From Hydrolagus colliei (taxonomy: Eukaryota), in the NCBI GenBank assembly GCA_035084275.1, contig CM068748.1, forward strand, positions 6,882,001-6,946,000: a DNA stretch of 64,000 nucleotides, read 5' to 3'. A program made the position numbers and the translations under genes. Within the stretch, counting starts at the first letter, position 1, and every line of letters starts with the position of its first letter. Below are positions 55,045 through 64,000 of this stretch, piece after piece. The notes beneath the pieces are model-generated. The model saw only the letters and a list, made by a program, of their open reading frames with translations, did not search any database and was not told where the DNA came from.

Positions 55045-55222
55045 CATCGAACACTGCTCGACTGTACTGAGTTGTGGAAGCTAAAGGCCGGCAAGTATTA
55101 TCAAATTTGTTGCCATAATTCCCAATGCTGACTTCAAACTGGATGGCATCACCGACTTCTTGTTGCATTGTGGCAGAGTAAAAGACAGCAGAGAGATTGT
55201 ACTTGCGTCGCCTTTGATATTT
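55045..55222 (-). CDS. MYOF: MYOF exon (~20)
   Basis: 178 nt; [19 protein letters not shown]...[14 protein letters not shown]...YSRAVFD. Confidence 0.95.
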
Positions 55223-56459
55223 CTGGAGATTAACAAGATAACTTGGTCACTTAAATGGAGAAATTTCCAGTCAAATTCCAGCATTATTTAAAATGGCTTT
55301 AAAAAGGGAATTTCTGTTCAGCTGCCGTAAAATGCACTCACTGCACTTTACAGTAAATCTATGAAACACTTTGAGATATCCTCAAAGTTATTGCCCTCCT
55401 GATGTGAAAGGTACAATCAAATGCAAGAATAATCATTGACCGCAAAATTTCACTTATTACAAATTGGACTATTTCCAATTCAACTGCATTCTTTTTGACT
55501 CACTTTACTGAATTGTAACCATGTATAAATCCATTGCACCAGATCTTGATCATCTTCCTGACTGTTATATTTATACTGTTAGACTGTTATATTGTTCACA
55601 CAGGCTTACTTGAAAACCAACACCAGATCTTCAAGAAAAGTAGTTTAATGGTGACCAATACCCTAATTATTGTATTTCCGATTACAACATAATAGTTGAT
55701 TCAGATTATAACCTAGAATGAAAAATGTATCATGCCCTCTTCACCTTGCTAATGCGCTATACAAGACTGGAACAAAACCAGTCCAGTTGACTAATTTTGT
55801 ATGACTACAACAATTTAATATTTTCAACATATTAGACTAATAGTATTTACTAGTTCAGAAAACCCACGATGGGCATCGATTACTGCATTAGTAATCTGTC
55901 ATCGGTTCACTCCCATTCAAGAGGTAAGTGCAACAGCATCTTAGATCAGGGAGTAAAAATGTGCTTCTTTGCTGTAAACATTAGACTGCGTCATTTTATT
56001 AGCAAGAGTCTTTGTACTTGAACACCAAGTATTTAATCTCCAAATTGACAAATTATCCTATTCTCACAGGGATTGGGGAGAAAGGAAAGAGTAAAGTTTC
56101 CTAATCTCAGTGTTTCCTTGGGCCTAAACTGCCTTCAAAGTAACGCATTTTGCCACAGAATATTAGCATCATGCAGTCTTGTTGCCAGGCCTCAGCTCTC
56201 AAAAACTGGCACCAATACTCTTGTGAATTGGGTGAGCAATGGGGAAATCCCTCCAGGGATAGAATGGAATTGTTAATGTGGAACTCAGCCCTAGTTTGTG
56301 GAATACTTATGTGGAACTCAGCTGAGTTCGAATATTCTTATGGACTGTGATCGTTTGCGTATATCAGACATTCAATCAACAAAAAAAAACTCAGGGTCAC
56401 ATACAATGGCTACAGTTTCCTGAATCTTTCACAAGCACAAATCCAAATCGATAACTGAC

Positions 56460-56573
56460 CTGAGCAACCAACACATCGTCACTAGGTATTTCTTCTAACT
56501 TCTTTTCTGGAGTTTCATCAAGCTTGGTGATTAGTTCAACCAACAATCTTCCACGAAATGACATTCCCTCACC
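56460..56573 (-). CDS. MYOF: MYOF exon (~19)
   Basis: 114 nt; GEGMSFRGRLLVELITKLDETPEKKLEEIPSDDVLVAQ. Confidence 0.93.
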
Positions 56574-56946
56574 CTGACAGAAAAAAATAGGCAAGGTTTA
56601 AAATTGAACAAATCTTACTCTAAACCTTTGTCATATCCAAGTTATCAAAATTAAGTTGTACATAGGAACCTTGCAGAATACATTTTCTTATGAGAATGGA
56701 TAGCTTGGTGAGAGAAAACGAACATTGTAGTCATACTGCAGGATGTTGGAACAGAGGAAAGTACTCTTGATCTGACCTTGCAATGCTTGATGTTGACAAG
56801 GAGTACAGTAAAACTAGGAAGGCATTCCTTTCTCCAGCATTGTTATCTTTTGCCTTGAGCAACACTTTGCATTTTTTAAAAATCAACATAAAAGAAATGA
56901 AAGAACAATGGGACGCATCTTTCCAACCCCCTTTGAAATTAGTTAC

Positions 56947-57071
56947 CTTTCCATAGTTCAAGTCTTCGTAAGGATCAGCAAATCCTGTGAATTCCCTGGG
57001 ACTCCCATAAACATTTATATAACAAGGTCCAAAAGCTGGAAGAAATCCTACTTCTTCATCTCCTGTTTTTG
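56947..57071 (-). CDS. MYOF: MYOF exon (~18)
   Basis: 125 nt; [41 protein letters not shown]. Confidence 0.93.
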
Positions 57072-59904
57072 CTTGTGAAGATGTAAAAAAAAATTGTTCA
57101 GTATCATACAAGGTTGGGTTCATTTAAAAAAAATACATTCTCTAAAAAGTGGCTCCTTTGGTTAGTTTACACACAAACATGCGGAGAATGTATTATTATG
57201 CACTTGAAATTGTAGAGGTTAGTTACTTCATCATATGGTGTTGGACAAAAAGTTTTAGTTTACAAGGTCTGAAATATAAAAAGTACTATGAATCAAGTAT
57301 TGCCTGTGCATTAATTTATCTAGTCCCTGTGGCAAGGAATCACTCCAGAGTTTAGCAAAGTTATATTTTATATTACTCTATTCTCTGCTGGGAAGAAACA
57401 AGACAGTTTCACATTGATGGGAGGAAACCAAGGAAAGGGAAAAGTCGGATTTCGTTGCCACTTGGCTGGAAATGTGAGTATTGGTCTGAAGAAGCAGATA
57501 GTAAGTTAGAAGCCTTGTGGGATGGTTTATGCTTTTTGTCACACATTATCTTGGAAACTAGCCAGAGGTTTTATTTTATCCATTATTTCCAAAGTTCCAC
57601 TTCAGCATTCTTGCTCCTTACTATCAGTTGAGACCATCAGGGGGAGAGATTGTACAGTAATGTTAGGTTTGGGAGATCAGAGAGGAGGGAGCATGGAATA
57701 ACTGGAGCAGCCCAAACTGAACATTTTACTCCACCACCCAATAGCACTCCAGTACATAGTGTCATATCTGATATAAAACTAGATAATTTAATAACTTCCA
57801 GATTCTTTCAGACTTCCAGATTAGCTGGCGCTGAAGATGTTATTAGGTCACAAAACCCAAGAGGAAAAATGTGACTGTCCCATTGAATCAATCTCGAACT
57901 TCCTGAAGTCACCATAACCCCAGGAATTTCAGAAAGAAAGTGACTATGCTGAAGTATAGATTTGTTTTCAAGCAGCAAGATAAAAAGTTAGGATTCTCCC
58001 GATCCGCATCAATCAAATTCAACAAGAAAAGCATCAAGAGTTAGACAACTTTTTCATAAGTCCTTTACATTAAAAAAATTCCAAATCATTCCGCATTGCC
58101 AGCATTCTGATTTCTCTACTCAGAGAGGTTTTGCGAGATTTGATCATTGAGTAAAAGAACCTGTGTTTGGTTAAATGTTGAAAAGCAAACAGAAAATCAG
58201 TGCGAGTTTTTTAGATGCGATAAAATTAAAATCACAGAAAGTCCACTTGAAATGTTTAGTTATGTGCTTAAAAAAAATTCACGTCATGGAGTTATAAGAG
58301 AACTTGTAAGTATTGTGTATGCAGCTAGGAAAGTGTGAAAGGTAATTTTGAATACCATTGCATCCCAGAATCAAGCCAGCAAATATGGAGACACTTCATT
58401 TCGTAACCAAATAAAATGTTTGCAATTTAGTTAGCCAGATAATTACCCTAGATAGCAATAATATCTACTTTTGAGTTACAAGTTGACTATTGGTTTAAGT
58501 AAAGACTCGGTCAGTTAACTATTTGGATATATTTTCATCAAACAAATCTTTAGGAGTAACTCGAGGCTTGATATCATTGTGTCAACCTGAATGAAATGAG
58601 GACAGCTGATTCTGGAGACACCCATGGCAAAGCAGCTCACATCCTTCGTTACACACTGCAGCATTATGAAGTACCACATGTTAATCACACAGTTATGCAC
58701 TGAAACTCATCTAGAAAAGCGCATTGTGTGGAATGGACAGGATCAAGTGAAGTTATCATAGAATAAGAAGGATTTACAAGGATTTAGTGTAACAAATAAG
58801 GAGAGGACAGTGAGATGCAGGCACCTTTTTTTAAAAAAAAGATAAGTCATGGAAAAAAGAGCGATTACAACTGAAGATAGAGCCACCCACTAATTTCAAA
58901 GCTTTCCACCCATGAAAAAAATGTACACACACAAGACATGGCTGGTATTGTAGGCCCATAGACATGCAAAGATAAGCAATCCAAAGAAAGAAAAAAAAGT
59001 TTCATGATATTTGTTTAAAGTATAGAATTGTTTTTAAGAAATGCAGTGCAACATTTTTTTTTCTGTTTCCATAAAGTATTGCCAGTGTCTAACTCTTAAC
59101 ATTTTGCTCTTTGAACAAAAATTATTAGCACACTGAAAGAGCACTTGTAAGTGATCTGTACAGCTTTCAACTGAAGCATGCAAGCCTATGATGCACTTTG
59201 GCTATAGTTCTAATACATTTGAGACAATTACATGTAGTTTCAGTCAGGGAAAGGCTTGCCTAGGAAATTGTTGATGGGAGGGGTGCCTAATGGTTCATTT
59301 GATAATTGCAGTGTATGGTGTAACAGTGAACCACACAGGTCAGGAAGATGGTTGCCCAAACTTAGTCATTTGCAATCAAAATAATCTTCCTGGGCTAAAG
59401 ACGAAAGGTCTACACAGATAGCAATTGCATCTCTGATCTCAATCATTTGTTGGAACCATACAAAAGGGAATCATGTGAAAGGCAAAGTCAATCAGGATGG
59501 CTATCATCTCGTAGTTGAACTTGTAGATGCTCAGTTGTTTGGCTGTTTGGATAAGTTATTGGGAGGCTCAATGGCAAAAATGGAATAAAACATTTTTATC
59601 GATTTTCAGAATTAATATTTGCCATTTAGTGCATTTAGGCTTACATGGAAAACTAAGCAGTCAGCATTTCAGAACAATTAAGCATTAAGGAAAGCCAAGC
59701 AGCTGAAAAGATCAGATTCAATAATGATCATGTGCTAATTCATCCATTGCCAAAACTGTCTGAAACATTTAACAGCTTCCAGATCAAATTCCCCAATTTC
59801 TCTCATGAAATGACTCAAGATTGTGGAAATTGACTTTTTTCATCCCACACCAGTTTCCAGTTTTGGCAACAGAAATCAAAAGATTATAGACCAACGAATA
59901 AAAC

Positions 59905-59940
59905 CTTCATATGCAGAAGAAGACCCAATTCCCTCAGTTT
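59905..59940 (-). CDS. MYOF: Candidate cassette exon homologous to human MYOF exon 17
   Basis: tttcttttctacaatccag|36 nt, phase 1-1|gtttta; ETEGIGSSSAYE, at the position of human DFSSSGTGAASYT. Confidence 0.7.
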
Positions 59941-60081
59941 CTGGATTGTAGAAAAGAAATCAACATTAGAACAAGCAATCACAAAACAATGTCATTAACA
60001 TGTACTGTGCACCAGTGTTGTAGATACTTCATATAAAGTATTTCTGAATATAGTTTGAGTGAAATGAACAATTCATTGATG

Positions 60082-60272
60082 GTAACAAAAACAAAGGTTG
60101 CTGGGGAAGCTCAGCAGGTCAAGCAGCATCCATGGAGAAAGGAAAAGTCTTTTGTAGACCCGAAACGTTGACTCTTTTTCCTTTCTCCATGGATGCTGTT
60201 TGACCTGCTGAGTTTCCCCAGCAACTTTTGTTTTTGTTTCAGATTCCCAGCACCTATAGTGTTTTGTGTTTT
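60082..60272. mobile_element. Palindromic Penelope-like terminal-repeat derivative
   Basis: ~60-bp inverted arms (gctggggaagctcagcaggtc / gacctgctgagtttccccagc), CCCGAAACG in the loop, flanking 12-bp direct repeat AATTCATTGATG. Confidence 0.7.
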
Positions 60273-61509
60273 AATTCATTGATGAAGTACAGGCACGCCA
60301 AGTGACACTGGTTCAACTCCCACTTTGCCGAGATTTTACGTTTGTACAAAGGGACAAAAAATATAAACACAGATACGGTTAGGTCTCATTATAACACGCT
60401 TGCGACATATATCATGAGTTAATTTATTGTGGAAGTTCCCGTGGTTAACTGATGAGGTAAGCTGACGGCTTGAGCCGGCTAGTTTCAGCTCATAGCACAT
60501 CGGCACAGTAAGCCTCCCAGCATCCAGCAGTGCCCTACAACCCCTCGAAACACTCAAGCAGTTGCCAGTTTTCTGCATGATGTACCCAGAAAGTGGTACT
60601 AGCAGCAACTTGACAAACAGACCAGTCTTTTTGCGTCTGTTATATAACGAGACCAGTCTGACTTAATGGGTCCAAATCATTGTATTATACAGGTCAGACT
60701 GTTATAAAGGCTTCTATTGCTTGTAGAGGAGCAGCAGAAGCTCAGAATCATTTTGTTGGTCACAGATACTAAGAAAGGTTACCTACGTTTGTATGTATCC
60801 TGAAAGCTAGGTGGCGCTAGAGCAAGGTTTGGGAATGTGACCCAGTTCATATTCACATTTTCCGTGCCTTTGTCTTTCTCTAGCCTTTAAACTTCAGCAA
60901 GAAGATACTGCAATCTCAAAGGTTTCAAAGTTAACAGGTTAAATTAGCTGTTGATAACACACCGGTTTGTTTAAAAGCAAAATGCAGGTTTAACAAGATA
61001 GTTCAGCATTTACAGGCCAGCCATAATGTTTCATTATTTTCCTCAAATGAGAAATTCTTCAGCACAATTTACCTCTCATAAAATGTTCCCCTTGTGTAAA
61101 AATATGCATTAAGCAAGGATAAAAAATGTTTAAAGTAACACAAAATAACAATACAAATCTCCCCTTCATTGCTAACCATTTCCTCTTCCCTTTCTGTGAG
61201 GCTTATTTGACTTCCTTCCCCAATGAAGTTTCTTGGCAATTTTCCAGTACCTCAATGAATGCCCATTGTTCATAGATAAGGAAGTGTCAACCGACTAATT
61301 GAAGGGGATGTGGTGGGAGAGAGAAAAGGAACAGAGAGCTCTAGCCTACCCACACCCAATTTCAACACGGACACACTTCCAGCATAGGCTACTGCATCTG
61401 CAGTAAACACTCTGAGACGCTATCCTGCATGGAGGGCACTAGATAAGTGCAAATTGTTGTTAGTGGTTTTCCCCTTTTCCGATGATTTTCGTAAACACAC
61501 CTATCTCTG

Positions 61510-61850
61510 CAATCTACCAAAACGTCACCAAGCCATCCACACCCTCCACTCTGCAGACACTGGCCTGTTCCACATATTCCACTGTCAGTGATTGGTCCTT
61601 CAGCCTTTCTGTCTCCACTCCCAAGAACCCCCTCACAGATCCCCTGTACCTTGCCTCTTCCCATGCCTCCTTCAAGACCCATCTCAAGACCATCCTTTTT
61701 GAACTTGCTTTTGATCATCTTCCATTCTCCACCCGCTTTGCCCTCCAGCTCCTCTGATCCGAACATGCAGCTCAGGTGCAAACCTCTCTTTGTCTAGCAT
61801 CTTGGGACTTCCTCCCAACATGAATTAATGCTATTGGTTGTTGTTAAAAC
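61510..61850 (+). mobile_element. L2-type LINE 3' fragment
   Basis: cctccttcaagacccatctcaagacc...cagcatcttgggac-like 3' end with gttgttgtt tail. Confidence 0.6.
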
Positions 61851-62243
61851 TGACTTGGAATCAATCACTGAGATAAACGAACATCTCATACCGTTATATC
61901 TAAGAAAGAAAACCATCAAACCAGTGGCTAAACAATATTTAGCATTATATAGCGATTTGGGTTGAAAGAAGCCCCACACTTTTCTGGCATATAAATCGGT
62001 TTGTAAATGTGAGAGATGCAAACCATTTTATCCAGATTATGGATTATGGAAAATGTAACAATTAGGTCAATGTTACACTTCTGTTCTCTTCCAACACAAA
62101 TTGTGGCTTTGGTCGATACTTTACATTAGAACGCGTGATCTTGAATCCAGAACAGAAATACAGTATAGCTTCTGTCATCTACTTTCCAGAACATAAGATG
62201 ACAGCACTAGAATTTATAAATAGCTCCATTAAAGAGCACCAAC

Positions 62244-62326
62244 CTTCAACCTCACCACCAGATGAGGCAATCTTAGAGAGGAACATAAATGCTGTCCCAA
62301 TGGCATCGTTTCTGGTCATCCGATCC
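62244..62326 (-). CDS. MYOF: MYOF exon (~16)
   Basis: 83 nt; DRMTRNDAIGTAFMFLSKIASSGGEVE. Confidence 0.92.
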
Positions 62327-62781
62327 CTGCAAGATATACATTTTACATAGCAAAAGAGGTGACACAGTTCATTGCCAAGCTAGATTTATAACTTAATTAT
62401 CTAAAGATCCTAATTAGTTGCTCTTGCTAAACATCCCTTTAAGTCACACTGACATCCTGCACCTCATTTGTGGCGCTGATCAGGACATGATTACATTTAC
62501 ACACAACTTGCAAACTAAAAATGTAGAGATAATGAATTCAAGATTTATGCAATTGATAGCTTAACTGTGTTATCCAGCTAAGCTATCAATTACATCAATT
62601 TATTCTAATTTTGCACTGATTTCACCAACACCATGGTTTCATGGGGGAAAACAACACAGAATTTTCAGTTGGTTATTAAAATATAATCTTTATATTTTTG
62701 ACGATGTGATCAGATACATAGCAAATGCATATTTCAGGGAAGAAAATTTTAACTAAACATACAAAGATGCTTTGGACTCAC

Positions 62782-62825
62782 CAATCAAATATCGTCAGGC
62801 GAATTCTTTCACACATAGAAGGAAA
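62782..62825 (-). CDS. MYOF: MYOF exon (~15)
   Basis: 44 nt, cag|...|gtgagt; FPSMCERIRLTIFDW. Confidence 0.93.
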
Positions 62826-63446
62826 CTGTAGAAGGCAAGCAATTAAATAGCTACTGCTCTTTTACAATATTTTTTAGTTTACATAAAATCTTAAGGTCAC
62901 TGAAGATTTGTGAAATTCATGTTTTTACCTCATGGGAAAACAACAAAAAGCAACAAAATTACACATGTATAGCGCCTTTCACGTCAGGAGGATGTCCCAA
63001 GGAAGCGATTACAAAGAATGGATCATCAATGTCATTGCGTGGACATGTTAAGAACAACTTCATTCAATCATACCTCAACAGTACACAAAAGCTCAAGCAT
63101 TTTCTCTGAAGTGAAAACCACAAAATTTCATTTGATCTATGCTCTTGATATTGTCACAGCGCCATCTGCAACCAGATCCTGTTGCAAATCCAAAACTAAT
63201 ACCATGTCTGCTCTTCCCTCAGGGATCTTAAGAATTAAAGTCCGTTTCTATTCAATGTCAAAGATTACATCAACTGCATATAGGGCCAACTCTTACTTAT
63301 TCTTTATTGACTCCCATTTCTTCCCTTGTAAAATGATGGCCAAACTAAAAACAACTTTAGCTTTCCAAAATCTATGGCAGTTTATTACTTTTATAACTGT
63401 TGAAGACAAACAAGAGAAATAAAACCAGTTTAATACGTGGTTTTAC

Positions 63447-63515
63447 CTTGATTTGAAGATTGACAGCTTGGTTCCACTCAGGGTTTGCATTTTTTTCCAC
63501 TATCTTTGTGCAGAT
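63447..63515 (-). CDS. MYOF: MYOF exon (~14), C2C
   Basis: 69 nt, AG/GT; ICTKIVEKNANPEWNQAVNLQIK. Confidence 0.93.
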
Positions 63516-63717
63516 CTACAACAACATAAAAAATCCATTTTATGTCGGGAGGTCTATCCAACAACAACAAACTTACATTTATAGAGTGCCTTTCATGTCA
63601 GGAGGACATCCCAAGGCACTGAACAATGCAGTACAACTAGCATTACAGTACCTGATGGTGGACTGAAATCAGCTGAAATTCCACCACGTGTCACATGAAA
63701 GCTCCGATTGCTCTTAC

Positions 63718-63821
63718 CTTTTTTCCAGCAAAGCCAACCTCCACATATGGATCCACTAGATTCTTCTTGTCAGACCCTGCTCCAAATATGGATTTCATAG
63801 TTTCTGCAAAGGCATCATCCA
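63718..63821 (-). CDS. MYOF: MYOF exon (~13), C2C
   Basis: aag|TGGATGAT...AAAAAG|gtaaga; [34 protein letters not shown]. Confidence 0.93.
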
Positions 63822-64000
63822 CTTGACGAAAGATATAAGAACTTTGATCAATGTGGGTGTCACAAATAACTTGTATGCAATAGAAGTGATCAACAAAATT
63901 GAAAGCTTTTGTATATTTAACAATTATGCACTACTGTATTCTTGACACCAATAGAAACCTTACACTTGCTCTTAATGGATTAGTTATAATTGCAAAACCT

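Noticed and set aside
62551-62591. 13-bp inverted repeat (aattgatagctta / taagctatcaatt)
   Set aside because: Too short for a pre-miRNA or MITE call; no target-site duplication seen.

Overview
AT-rich vertebrate genomic DNA, probably a cartilaginous fish (inferred from its SINE/L2 repertoire). The window lies entirely inside a minus-strand myoferlin gene (MYOF, ferlin family) and is truncated at both ends. Exons matching human exons ~13-48 (numbering from recalled human structure) can be spliced by hand with GT-AG boundaries and consistent phases. They run from the C2C domain through FerA, FerB and nested DysF to the C-terminal C2 domains. The ORF track misses several short candidate alternative exons: an exon-17-like 36 nt exon, an exon-38a-like 57 nt exon, and a 68/21/9 nt cluster. 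Introns carry tRNA-derived SINEs, L2/CR1 fragments, a TTAA-flanked foldback MITE and a Penelope-like hairpin. The strongest unexplained signal is eight perfect RGKTCA direct repeats (DR1/DR2/DR5, retinoic-acid response element type), seven of them in the first 20 kb. This suggests an intragenic retinoic-acid enhancer array, possibly for a neighbouring cyp26 gene. Other notable items: an L2 insertion that replaced the splice-acceptor signals of an exon, and a templated-insertion repair scar.
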